Positions 26,512-35,422 of a DNA stretch of 64,000 nt are shown piece after piece. The notes beneath the pieces were generated by a model. The model was not told the origin of the DNA. It made no database searches and was given only the letters and a program-made list of their open reading frames with translations. Source of the stretch: Candidatus Nomurabacteria bacterium GW2011_GWE1_32_28. Lineage in GTDB: Bacteria > Patescibacteriota > Minisyncoccia > Phycocordibacterales > UBA9973. The position numbers and the translations under genes are program-made. The stretch is from positions 5,453 to 69,452 of the forward strand of contig LBOM01000002.1 in the NCBI GenBank assembly GCA_000989515.1. Reading direction: 5' to 3'. Positions within the stretch are counted from its first letter, which is position 1. Each line of letters begins with the position of its first letter.

Positions 26512-27792
26512 TTATATCCAGTTTTTATTTATTATTTTTTCTACTAGAACCCTTGGAGACCCATAATATAATTTATTAAATGTTTCTATTGCTTCTTTTG
26601 TGGCAATGGGGAATTTTGATGTTTCTGGTAAGATACCAATACCAGAAAATGCGTTACTTGTTTTGCCATCTATCATCAACTTTATATAAAAACTAAATTT
26701 GGGTAAATTAATGAAATCTTCAATTGCTATTGGCATAAATTCCTTAGATAATATTTCAGCATCTTCTGTTCCAATCTCAAAGGAAAGAATTGTACCAACA
26801 TTTCCTAAAACTGAATCTTTTATATTCTTTGGCAATTGAGCTAAGTATTGGTTGGTTATATGCACACCTAATCCATATTTTCGTGATTCACTTAACATGC
26901 TAATGAATGTGTCTGTTGTAAAATTTTGAAACTCATCTACATATAGATAAAATGGCTTGCGATCGCTTGATTCTTTGTTGGCTCTTTTTAATATTCCAGC
27001 TTGAAGCTTTGATAGTATTATTAACCCAAGCATATGAGCGTTTATGTCACCAATTTTACCTTTTGAAAGGTTAACTAGTAATATTTTCTTATTGTCCATT
27101 AAATTTTCAAAGTCAAAACTACTTCTATGTTGTCCTATTATATTACGCATTAAAGTATTATTCATAAATTGTCCAAATTTTGACATAAAATAGTTGAGCA
27201 TTTCGCTTTTATGAAAATCTGATGTTTTAGACATTTGTTTTGTCCAGAATTCTATTACGAGGGGGTCTGTAAGATATTTTCTCTTCTCCATTTCAAATTT
27301 GTGATCAATAAAAAGTTTTGGAATTTCTATAAGACTTCCACCATCTGGTCCTGCCATGATAGTGAGTGCAGCATTTCTAAGCCAATGTTCAAATTGGGGA
27401 CCAATAATACCTGTTTTTTGTGGATCAAACAGTTTATAAAATATTTGTATACATTCATTAACTAGAAAATCTTTTTCTATTTCGGAATGTGCTTCGAGTA
27501 TATTGAGTCCAAAAGGAAAATCAATATCACTTGGATCAAACAAGACGACATCTTTTAGTCTATCTTTTGGAATATTTTTAAGTAACCAATCTATAGATTC
27601 TCCATGTGGATCAATAAAACAAACTCCTTCTTGATTTTCAATGTCTTGTAAACACATATTCTGATATATGGTTGATTTACCTACTCCTGTTTTACCGACC
27701 ATATACATATGACGCAACCTATCTTTCTCAGCATATTTGATAATAGTTGTCTTTCCGTGATATTTGTTTATTCCGATAATTATATTATTCAT
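26512..27792 (-). CDS. P-loop ATPase of the VirD4/TraD/TrwB type IV coupling-protein-like family
   Basis: Walker A MVGKTGVGKST, Walker B FYLYVDEFQNF, C-terminal TraD/TraG-like region. No TM segment at the N-terminus. Confidence 0.55.
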   Translation of the reverse strand: MNNIIIGINKYHGKTTIIKYAEKDRLRHMYMVGKTGVGKSTIYQNMCLQDIENQEGVCFIDPHGESIDWLLKNIPKDRLKDVVLFDPSDIDFPFGLNILEAHSEIEKDFLVNECIQIFYKLFDPQKTGIIGPQFEHWLRNAALTIMAGPDGGSLIEIPKLFIDHKFEMEKRKYLTDPLVIEFWTKQMSKTSDFHKSEMLNYFMSKFGQFMNNTLMRNIIGQHRSSFDFENLMDNKKILLVNLSKGKIGDINAHMLGLIILSKLQAGILKRANKESSDRKPFYLYVDEFQNFTTDTFISMLSESRKYGLGVHITNQYLAQLPKNIKDSVLGNVGTILSFEIGTEDAEILSKEFMPIAIEDFINLPKFSFYIKLMIDGKTSNAFSGIGILPETSKFPIATKEAIETFNKLYYGSPRVLVEKIINKNWI

Positions 27793-27796
27793 GAAT

Positions 27797-28117
27797 TTAT
27801 ATGTTATTGATACTTAAAGGCTTTTTGTTAAAGTAATTAATGTCTATTACGTTTTTAGTTTCATTTTCAATTCTTTTTTTATTACATATTTCTTTGTTTG
27901 TGATTTCAAGAAGAATTTTATTTTCTTTACTTATTTTATAAATAATAATATTTTTTGTTTCTTTATCTAGATAACTATCTATAGATAGAAGCATCTCATT
28001 TTCTAGTAAAAATATATTATTTACATATTCAAATGAAAGAAAATTATCCATATTGCTTTGTTCTTCTTCATTTCTAAAAGAAGTTTCTATATTTTTTAAT
28101 TTTTCGTCATTGTACAT
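27797..28117 (-). CDS. Hypothetical small acidic protein
   Basis: 106 aa ORF between two ATPase genes, same strand, short gaps. Confidence 0.4.
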   Translation of the reverse strand: MYNDEKLKNIETSFRNEEEQSNMDNFLSFEYVNNIFLLENEMLLSIDSYLDKETKNIIIYKISKENKILLEITNKEICNKKRIENETKNVIDINYFNKKPLSINNI

Positions 28118-28127
28118 AAGATTTTTA

Positions 28128-29789
28128 TTATTTATTTAATAATGTATTTACTAATAAAGATTCGCATGTTTCTTCAATGAATCTTTTTACAGGACGTGCT
28201 CCAAATCTTTCATCAAGTAATGGTTTTATGTTTTCTTCAAGCTCTTTTATATTTATATCAAAATAAACATTGTGTTTAGTTAGTCTTTTTTCTACTTTCT
28301 TTATTTCAAGTTTTGCTATATCTATAAGATTTGGTAAGGTGAGTGGATTAAAAACTAAGATGCTATCAAAACGATTAATAAATTCTAATCTGAATATTTT
28401 TGCTAATTCTGGGATAATTTTTTCTTGTATAAACTTTATGTCCATAATATCTTTTCCTTTATTAAATGCTTCTAAGATTACATTCACTCCTATATTAGAA
28501 GTTGCCATTATTATAGAATTACAAGCATCTACTGTTTCGTTTTGTCCTGATGTTAACCTTCCGTCGTCTAGTACTTGTAAAAATATATCAAAAATCTTTG
28601 GATGAGCTTTCTCTATTTCATCTAATAATATTAAACAGTGAGGTTCCTTTTGTAGAGCATTTGTGAGAGCTCCACCAGCCTCATAACCACTATATCCTGC
28701 TGGTGCTCCTATTAATCTCTGTACTGTATGATCTTGACTAAATTCTGACATATCAAATCTGATAAAGCTTTCTTGTCTACCAAACATAATTTCAGATATT
28801 AGCTTAGCTGTTTCAGTTTTTCCAACACCAGATGGTCCTAATATTAGAAATGATCCTAGCGGTTTGTTTGGATTCCTTACTCCTAATTTTGCTCTTTGTA
28901 ATGTTTGAATTATTTTATTAACTGGTTTAGTCTGGTTAATAATTTTAGAATTTAGTGTTTGATTGAGATTTTTTAATATCTCTATTTCATTTCCACTTAA
29001 TTGCATTTTAGGTATACCTATCTTGCTTGAAATAATATCGGAAATCATTTCATCTGTTAAATTCTTTTTATTTATTGATTTAGCAAGTACAATTCCTTCA
29101 TCCATTATACTTATAGCTGCTTGAGGCAGTTGTCCTAAACTGGGGAATTTTTCTACATATGTGATAATATCTTGCATTACTATTGAAGAAACAATAATTT
29201 TATGATCTTTATTAAGTTGTGCTAATTTACTTTCTAATATTTGAATTTGTTCAAGATTACTTTGCTTTTTAAATCTGACTGTTTCAAATACTTTTATGAA
29301 TGATGGGTATTCACGTTCTATAAAGTTGTATTCTTTTGGTTCCATCGTAAGAATAACTTTAACTTCAGGATTTTTAAGAACATCAGAATATAATCTAGCT
29401 ATGTTGTGTAACAGACTTGGATTTCCATATATGCTTCTACCAAAATTATCAATAAACAAAACACAGGAAGGTAATTCGTTCATTACGTTTTTAAAATAAA
29501 TTCCTTCTTCGCTACCACTATCAAATCTAAATAAATGCTCATTATCTAATTGAACAAAACTCAAGTGTTTGTATATATCTTGCTTAATCATTTTTTCAAT
29601 CCACCCATAAACTAGACTTGTTTTACCTGTACCACTTAAGCCAACTAAAATAACATTGTTATTGATACTTCGATTCGCAATTCTAGTTAATCGATTGATC
29701 TCATCGGTCCTTCCTATAAATTTTGGTAATTTACCTAAAGCAATTTCTTCTCTTAAGTCGTTATATTCTGTTTTTTTAAAAGTCTTCAT
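28128..29789 (-). CDS. Clp/Hsp100-type AAA+ ATPase lacking N-domain; D1 module degenerate, D2 module intact
   Basis: D1-like: VILVGLSGTGKTSLV Walker A, but Walker B reads VLFIDNFGR (DN not DE). D2: ILGPSGVGKTETAK, LILLDEIEKAHPKIFDIFLQVLDDGRLT, sensor region ATSNIG. Confidence 0.65.
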   Translation of the reverse strand: MKTFKKTEYNDLREEIALGKLPKFIGRTDEINRLTRIANRSINNNVILVGLSGTGKTSLVYGWIEKMIKQDIYKHLSFVQLDNEHLFRFDSGSEEGIYFKNVMNELPSCVLFIDNFGRSIYGNPSLLHNIARLYSDVLKNPEVKVILTMEPKEYNFIEREYPSFIKVFETVRFKKQSNLEQIQILESKLAQLNKDHKIIVSSIVMQDIITYVEKFPSLGQLPQAAISIMDEGIVLAKSINKKNLTDEMISDIISSKIGIPKMQLSGNEIEILKNLNQTLNSKIINQTKPVNKIIQTLQRAKLGVRNPNKPLGSFLILGPSGVGKTETAKLISEIMFGRQESFIRFDMSEFSQDHTVQRLIGAPAGYSGYEAGGALTNALQKEPHCLILLDEIEKAHPKIFDIFLQVLDDGRLTSGQNETVDACNSIIMATSNIGVNVILEAFNKGKDIMDIKFIQEKIIPELAKIFRLEFINRFDSILVFNPLTLPNLIDIAKLEIKKVEKRLTKHNVYFDINIKELEENIKPLLDERFGARPVKRFIEETCESLLVNTLLNK

Positions 29790-29794
29790 TTATT

Positions 29795-31855
29795 TTAGGC
29801 TATTATTTTTAGTGTTATCCCGTTTAAATTTCTTTGTTGATATATACTTGGAATCGATTTTACTGATTTAGTTTCTTGTTCTTCTTGATTTACACTTGGA
29901 ACCGATCTGGAATTTGTTGATTCAGTATTTTTTGATTCAGTTATATTTTGAGATATTCCGAGAATCTGTAACAAAATCTCATGACCACTGAGTGGTTTTG
30001 CTTTTAAACCTTCTTCTCTGGTTAGATTTTTTTCTTTTAGTTTTTCTAAAGATTTTGGAGCTTCATTTCTTGTAGTGTTATAAGCTATATTGCTATTAAA
30101 TTTCAATATAATAGCCTCTTTTTTGGTTTTTTCTTTTTTGAGATTTATTTCTCTTTCTCTTGTTTTTGTTTTGATTTTTTCTTCATCTTTAATTACAAAA
30201 AAGTTTTCTCTATTTTGATTAGTTTTTTTATTTTTATTATTTTCTATGTTTATATTTAAAATATTTTGAGTTTCAATTTTTATACTATCAGTTTTATAAG
30301 GAACAGTTTCTATCTTTTTTATTTCTTGTGGCTTATTAACTATTTCTTCTAGAATATTAAAACTTTGTACTTTTTGAACTAGTTCTTTTTCTGCTTTTAT
30401 ATTATTAATATTTATTTCAGTATTATTAAATGCGGTTGTATCAACATTTTCTAATAGTTCTTCTGATTTGATTATAAGATTTTCCTTTTTTTCAGTATTT
30501 AAAATCTGTTCCACTGATTCTGTATTTCGTTCTTGAATATTTTTTGTGTTAGATATTTCTATTATTTCATTTGTTTCTGTCTTGTTTTCTATCTCTGTTT
30601 TGTTAAATACAACTTCTATTGTTTCTTCTTTTAAAAATGCTGATTTTTCTGCTGTGGTTGTAGTGTAAGTAAATGGTAAATTCTCCTCTATCTCTGTAAT
30701 AGTTTCAGTTGGTGTGTTTATTTCTATTATTTTATTATTATGAATAAAAATTTGTTCTTTTTGAGTATTTTCAATATCAGGTGTTTGTACTTGCTCAAAG
30801 GATATTTCTGTTTGCTCATTTTTTTCTCTAAATAATTCTATAATCCTACTTTCAAGTGTTTTCACTTTTTCTTCTTTGTCTTCAACTGTTACAGTTAAAG
30901 GTTCGGTGTATTCTTGAATGTCTTTAAAAGTTTGTTTAGTTTCAGTTTCATCAATAATAATGTTCATTTCTTCGATAGAATCTGGTTGTGTTTCTTCTTT
31001 AAATAAGTCAATGATTTTTTCAGTTATAACTTTTTCTACATCTATTTTTGTATCTATTGTTAATTGTTCTATATGGTGAGTATTATCTATGCTGACATTT
31101 TCTTTAGAAGAAATAAGCTCTGATTGAATATTTTCCACCAACATTACTTGTTCAACATTGGCATAATGGACTTCAAAAGTACTAAAATTCTGTTCTTCAA
31201 CTTGAATAATTTCTTCAACTTGTTCAACCTCTATTTCATTAACTGTTTCATTTTCTGTTAGCAAAGATTGCTCTAGGGATGTTTCTCTTTTTGCTTCTTC
31301 TTGTTTGTTTACATCTATATTAAGTTTAAGATTTAAAGTTACTTCTTTCGCTATTGGTTCATTTGTTTTCTCTTCTTGTTTTTCTTTTATTTCTTCGACA
31401 AATACAATCAGACTTCTAATATTGCCTTCTCTGTCTGCTGTCATTGCTGCAATTGAAGTTATTTTTATTTCTTCAGTTTCTTTTATTATATAATCTGGAA
31501 ACATGTAAACTTCTTCTGGATTGGCAATAATATTATCAAGTCTATATAATTCTTCTTTTTGTTGCTCTAAGTTCATATTAGAATTTAGAATATTTTCCCT
31601 CATTTGGCCTGCGTCAAGAGTCTTGTCAATTTCAACTTTTGAATTTTCAGCAGTAGCTCCACGCTTATCCGTTATGGATTGAATTAAAGGGTCAATTTTT
31701 TCTTCATTTTCTACACATATCACAGCTTCCTCTTCTTTATTATTTTCGTGTTCTTTGTCGTTGATATGATGTTCAAAATTCTCACCAAAATCTATTTCGG
31801 TGTCTTGAATATCTATTTCATCTATTATTTCTTCACTTGTATAAAATGTATCCAT
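29795..31855 (-). CDS. Large extremely acidic low-complexity protein (E/K/T/I/N-rich, about 690-704 aa)
   Basis: Long ORF with strongly biased composition and imperfect repeats. The ORF track extends it to a TTG at 31909, but ATG at 31855 downstream of a terminator hairpin is the more likely start. Confidence 0.5.
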   Translation of the reverse strand: MDTFYTSEEIIDEIDIQDTEIDFGENFEHHINDKEHENNKEEEAVICVENEEKIDPLIQSITDKRGATAENSKVEIDKTLDAGQMRENILNSNMNLEQQKEELYRLDNIIANPEEVYMFPDYIIKETEEIKITSIAAMTADREGNIRSLIVFVEEIKEKQEEKTNEPIAKEVTLNLKLNIDVNKQEEAKRETSLEQSLLTENETVNEIEVEQVEEIIQVEEQNFSTFEVHYANVEQVMLVENIQSELISSKENVSIDNTHHIEQLTIDTKIDVEKVITEKIIDLFKEETQPDSIEEMNIIIDETETKQTFKDIQEYTEPLTVTVEDKEEKVKTLESRIIELFREKNEQTEISFEQVQTPDIENTQKEQIFIHNNKIIEINTPTETITEIEENLPFTYTTTTAEKSAFLKEETIEVVFNKTEIENKTETNEIIEISNTKNIQERNTESVEQILNTEKKENLIIKSEELLENVDTTAFNNTEININNIKAEKELVQKVQSFNILEEIVNKPQEIKKIETVPYKTDSIKIETQNILNINIENNKNKKTNQNRENFFVIKDEEKIKTKTREREINLKKEKTKKEAIILKFNSNIAYNTTRNEAPKSLEKLKEKNLTREEGLKAKPLSGHEILLQILGISQNITESKNTESTNSRSVPSVNQEEQETKSVKSIPSIYQQRNLNGITLKIIA

Positions 31856-31875
31856 AAAAACAATTAAAAACAAAA

Positions 31876-31897
31876 AAATTCTGCTTGGGCAGAATTT
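31876..31897 (-). terminator. Intrinsic terminator/attenuator hairpin between structured RNA element and acidic-protein ATG
   Basis: aaattctgc ttgg gcagaattt perfect 9 bp stem; on the minus strand it is followed by a U-run (ttttttgttttt). Confidence 0.6.
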
Positions 31898-31917
31898 GTG
31901 GTCCTTCAAAATAAATT

Positions 31918-32044
31918 AAGAAGTAATTCCTGCTCGGGAAAACAAAAATGATTGGCAGTCGGACTTGTCCTAAGACTTTTAAAGTCATAGGCTTACCGTA
32001 GCGGCACTGTGCTGGAATCTAACCAGCTTCCCCAATCACTTCTT
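31918..32044 (-). ncRNA. Unclassified structured RNA element (candidate riboswitch or cis-regulatory leader, or small RNA)
   Basis: About 47% GC island in a 30% GC background. 11 bp closing helix (gaagugauu.../...aauuacuuc), perfect with one G-U only if transcribed from the minus strand. Internal hairpins gcugg-uuagauu-ccagc and ccuaugacu-uuaaa-agucuuagg. Confidence 0.45.
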
Positions 32045-32231
32045 TATAATTATTAAATGAACTTATTTATTTTATTCTTTTATCTAAGCCTGTCAATTTT
32101 AAGTGTGGATAAAGTTTCTTGCAGATTATTTATCTTTATTTTTTTGTTTAATTATTTAAAGAATTATTCTATAAATACCCAAGAGATTTCACTAATAGGG
32201 GATTAAAACTAGTTTTTCAATCAGATAGGTT

Positions 32232-32675
32232 TTATATTTTTGCATTTCTTTTAAATCCTAATAGTTCTAAATACAACAAAGTGAGGTCTGAGATGTAGGG
32301 TAATTTTTTTATATCCTCAATAGACATAAAGAGTTGTTGTTTGTGTTTTTGAGGTTCCATATTTTTCATTTCTCCTGAAAATTTTAAAATTTCGAATAAA
32401 TGACTTATGACTTTAACATTATTATTATTTCTTTCGTAATAATAATTTTTTACTATAAGTTCTTTATAATCTTCAATTTGTAAATTAGATTCTTCAAAAA
32501 CTTCTTCTTTTAAACCAACTATAATATCTTGTCCATTCTTTACTTTTCCAATTGGAATAGTCCAAAAACCATATTTAACATGTTCTTGGACTAAAATTTC
32601 AGATGCATTATTTTTAATAACGGCAGCGACTCCATGGTGGCTTACTGTATCTTCGCTGTTGTATTTTATATTCAT
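32232..32675 (-). CDS. NUDIX-hydrolase-like protein (degenerate Nudix box)
   Basis: GKVKNGQDIIVGLKEEVFEESNL approximates the Nudix box Gx5Ex7REUxEExGU. Confidence 0.45.
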   Translation of the reverse strand: MNIKYNSEDTVSHHGVAAVIKNNASEILVQEHVKYGFWTIPIGKVKNGQDIIVGLKEEVFEESNLQIEDYKELIVKNYYYERNNNNVKVISHLFEILKFSGEMKNMEPQKHKQQLFMSIEDIKKLPYISDLTLLYLELLGFKRNAKI

Positions 32676-32686
32676 ATTAAAGTTTG

Positions 32687-32758
32687 TGACCCTACAGGGA
32701 ATCGAACCCTGATTACCGGATTGAAAACCCGATGTCCTAACCGTTAGACGATAGGGCC
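32687..32758 (-). tRNA. tRNA-Glu (anticodon TTC)
   Basis: ggccctatcgtctaacggttaggac...ttTTCaa...gggttcgattccc. Confidence 0.8.
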
Positions 32759-32847
32759 AAATAAATCAATTATAAATTATAAATTGAAATATAAAAAAGT
32801 ATAACATTTTTTGAAAAAAGTGCAAAAAATGTTAGATTTACATACAA

Positions 32848-32935
32848 GGAGACGTGGGTGAGTGGTTGAAACCACCGCTCTCGAAAAGCGGCATACTGCA
32901 AGGTATCGGAGGTTCAAATCCTCCCGTCTCCGCCA
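32848..32935 (+). tRNA. tRNA-Ser (anticodon CGA), CCA encoded
   Basis: ggagacgtgggtgagtggttgaaaccac ... ctCGAaa ... long variable arm ... ggttcaaatcc ... cgtctcc g cca. Confidence 0.85.
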
Positions 32936-32972
32936 AAATAAATTAAATTAAAAATAAATAAAATGCTATCAT

Positions 32973-34559
32973 GTGTTCATGACTCAAAAAGAAGCACTTG
33001 ATATTTTAAAAACTGGAGTAAATGTATTTCTGACAGGGGAGCCTGGGGCTGGAAAAACTTACACTTTAAATGAATATATAAAATACTTGAGAAATAATGG
33101 AGTTGAAGTCGCTATAACTGCTTCTACTGGTATTGCTGCGACTCATATCGGAGGTATGACGATACATTCTTGGAGTGGGATTGGTATAAAAAATAAATTA
33201 GATAAATATGATTTAGATAAAATATCTAGTAGTGAATATATTTCAAAAAGAATTAATCGTGCGAAAGTTCTTGTTATAGACGAAGTTTCTATGCTTTCTT
33301 CTCAAACTCTTTCTATGGTTGAAGCAGTTTGTAGAGAAGTAAAACAGACAGATGAAGTGTTTGGTGGACTTCAGATAATATTTGTTGGAGACTTCTTCCA
33401 ATTGCCTCCTGTTGTAAAAAGGTTTGAGGAACAAGATCGACAGGCTACACTTATTCCAGATGAGAGAGAATCTATTTTTGCTTATGATTGTCTTGCTTGG
33501 GAGAATACAAAACCTATTATTTGTTATATTACAGAACAATATCGTCAAGATGATAGAGAATTTCTTTCTATACTTTCTGCTATTCGTCAAAATACTTTTA
33601 ACAAAGACCACTTGAATCAAATTGAAAAAAGAAAAATTGATAGATCAAATCTTCCAGAAAATATTCCTAAACTTTTTTCGCACAATATTAACGTAGATTC
33701 TGTAAATATTGATACTCTTTCTAAGATAGAAAGAGAAGTTCAAGTTTTTCCTATGTCTTCAGAAGGTCCGGATGGGCTCGTGGCTATCTTGCAAAAAGGA
33801 TGTTTGTCTCCGGAGAGCTTGTCTCTCAAGATAGGTGCTGAAGTAATGTTTACAAAAAATAATCCCAAGGAAAGATTTGTCAATGGAACTCTTGGGACGG
33901 TGGTTGATTTTCATAAAATTTCAAAATATCCAATTATAAAAACAAGAAATGGCTATATAATAACAGTCGAACCTATGGAATGGAGTGTCGAAGAAAATGG
34001 TAAAATTCGAGCTAAAATAACTCAGATTCCTCTTCGTTTGGCATGGGCTATAACTGTCCATAAAAGCCAAGGAATGAGCATGGATGGGGCTATAATGGAC
34101 CTATCTGAAGTATTTGAATATGGACAAGGATATGTAGCTCTTTCTCGTGTACGACGGCTTTCAGGGCTTTATATCATTGGATTAAATAAAAAAGCATTTC
34201 AGGTACACCCAGAAGTTCTCTCTAGAGACAAGATATTTCGCGAGCAATCTTTAGAAGCAGAAAAAGTATTTTCTGAGATTCCTTCTGACAAACTTAAAAA
34301 AATGCATGATAATTTTATTGTTGCTTCTCTAGGAAAAGTAGTTTCAAAATCCAAAAAGAAAGAAAATAAAATAAAGGTACCATTTGAAGAAATTAGAAAG
34401 AAATTTCCTAATGCATACAAACCATGGACAAAAAGTGAAGATGAAAAATTACGTAAATTCTTCGCAAAAAAGATTCCAGTAAAAGAAATTGTAAAAGAAT
34501 TTGGTAGAAAAAGGGGATCTATAACTTCACGTTTAGAAAAATTAGGACTTATGAAATAA
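32973..34559 (+). CDS. PIF1/RecD-like superfamily 1 DNA helicase with C-terminal extension
   Basis: Walker A LTGEPGAGKT, motif VLVIDEVSML, C-terminal 2B/SH3-like region and basic tail. Confidence 0.7.
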   Translation: MFMTQKEALDILKTGVNVFLTGEPGAGKTYTLNEYIKYLRNNGVEVAITASTGIAATHIGGMTIHSWSGIGIKNKLDKYDLDKISSSEYISKRINRAKVLVIDEVSMLSSQTLSMVEAVCREVKQTDEVFGGLQIIFVGDFFQLPPVVKRFEEQDRQATLIPDERESIFAYDCLAWENTKPIICYITEQYRQDDREFLSILSAIRQNTFNKDHLNQIEKRKIDRSNLPENIPKLFSHNINVDSVNIDTLSKIEREVQVFPMSSEGPDGLVAILQKGCLSPESLSLKIGAEVMFTKNNPKERFVNGTLGTVVDFHKISKYPIIKTRNGYIITVEPMEWSVEENGKIRAKITQIPLRLAWAITVHKSQGMSMDGAIMDLSEVFEYGQGYVALSRVRRLSGLYIIGLNKKAFQVHPEVLSRDKIFREQSLEAEKVFSEIPSDKLKKMHDNFIVASLGKVVSKSKKKENKIKVPFEEIRKKFPNAYKPWTKSEDEKLRKFFAKKIPVKEIVKEFGRKRGSITSRLEKLGLMK

Positions 34560-34601
34560 AGCATAGAAAGAAGAATGCAAAAGAAAAACCCAATAATACT
34601 T

Positions 34602-35009
34602 TTATGCATATCGGGTTTTCGGTTTTTTAAATACCATTTTAACTATTTCAAGATTTATCTTAAAAAGAAGTAAACTAACAATAATTTGAGAAAGAACAAC
34701 ATCAAAATTAGTTATTTTTATAAAAAGAAAAAGTACTACTGTGTTGATTGTAGTGACTATTAATACAGAGATTGTGTAATATACTGCTTCTTTTTTTACA
34801 TCTTTTCTTGATTTAAACGTCCATAATTTATGGACAGTGAAGCTTGTTGCTTCTCTTAAAATAAAAGCAATTATAGATATAATAATCATTTTTATTCCTT
34901 CTTTTTCAAAAAAAAGAGAAGAAATATAAAGAATTATTAGATTTAATAAGAGTCCTGGAGCTCCACCTAGAATGAATCTAATGGGTTCAGGTATTATTAA
35001 TTTTTTCAA
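34602..35009 (-). CDS. GtrA-family membrane protein
   Basis: 135 aa, four TM helices, GtrA-like N-terminal (FILGGAPGLLLNLIILY). Confidence 0.55.
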   Translation of the reverse strand: MKKLIIPEPIRFILGGAPGLLLNLIILYISSLFFEKEGIKMIIISIIAFILREATSFTVHKLWTFKSRKDVKKEAVYYTISVLIVTTINTVVLFLFIKITNFDVVLSQIIVSLLLFKINLEIVKMVFKKPKTRYA

Positions 35010-35099
35010 AGAACCTCCTTTTATTAAATCAACTTATTTAAATAAACATATAGAGCAATAAAAAAAATTATTCCTATTGCAATAAATGGTTTTGAACCA

Positions 35100-35327
35100 T
35101 CATAGACCCCACTTGAGGTCAAAGAGTAAATCAAAATCCCTATTGTAAAAATGAAAGGGATTAATGTTTTTTCCATTTTTTTTCTTCCTTAATGGTAGAA
35201 AAATAAAGATAAAAGAAATCATATTTTTTAAAATCATTTTCTTTTCTGATATATAAACAGAAAGGATTTTTTTAATACTGCTACCCTCAGAACTAACTTT
35301 TCCATGAATAACAATAGGGGATTTCAT
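35100..35327 (-). CDS. Hypothetical small protein
   Basis: ATG preceded by GGAGG at correct spacing (ggaggttaaaATG). No similarity recognised. Confidence 0.3.
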   Translation of the reverse strand: MKSPIVIHGKVSSEGSSIKKILSVYISEKKMILKNMISFIFIFLPLRKKKNGKNINPFHFYNRDFDLLFDLKWGL

Positions 35328-35422
35328 TTTAACCTCCTTTTTAATTATTAATTTACTTTTTCCATATAAAATTTAACAATTTGTAAGTAAATTGTCAAGT
35401 TTTTGTTATGTAAAAAAGTTAT

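Noticed and set aside
29795-31909. TTG start at 31909 for the acidic protein, as in the ORF track
   Set aside because: A perfect 9 bp hairpin plus U-tract (31876-31897) lies inside those first 18 codons, which is more consistent with a terminator/attenuator. The ATG at 31855 is the more plausible start. The TTG-initiated N-terminus would add a hydrophobic segment, so this remains uncertain.
31918-32044. The structured RNA element might be 5S rRNA, SRP (4.5S) RNA, tmRNA or 6S RNA
   Set aside because: At about 125 nt it is 5S-sized, but it lacks the CCGAAC, AGAAGUGAAAC and GGGAACUGCC 5S motifs. It has no GGAAGCAGCC SRP domain-IV motif. Its internal-hairpin fold is not the single long helix of 4.5S or 6S, and it is far too short for tmRNA or RNase P. 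Left as unclassified.
32104-32112. Perfect DnaA box TGTGGATAA in the 320 bp AT-rich intergenic region, considered as a possible oriC
   Set aside because: It is a single isolated box with no cluster, no dnaA gene and no AT-rich DUE repeats nearby. One 9-mer hit in 64 kb is near chance expectation.
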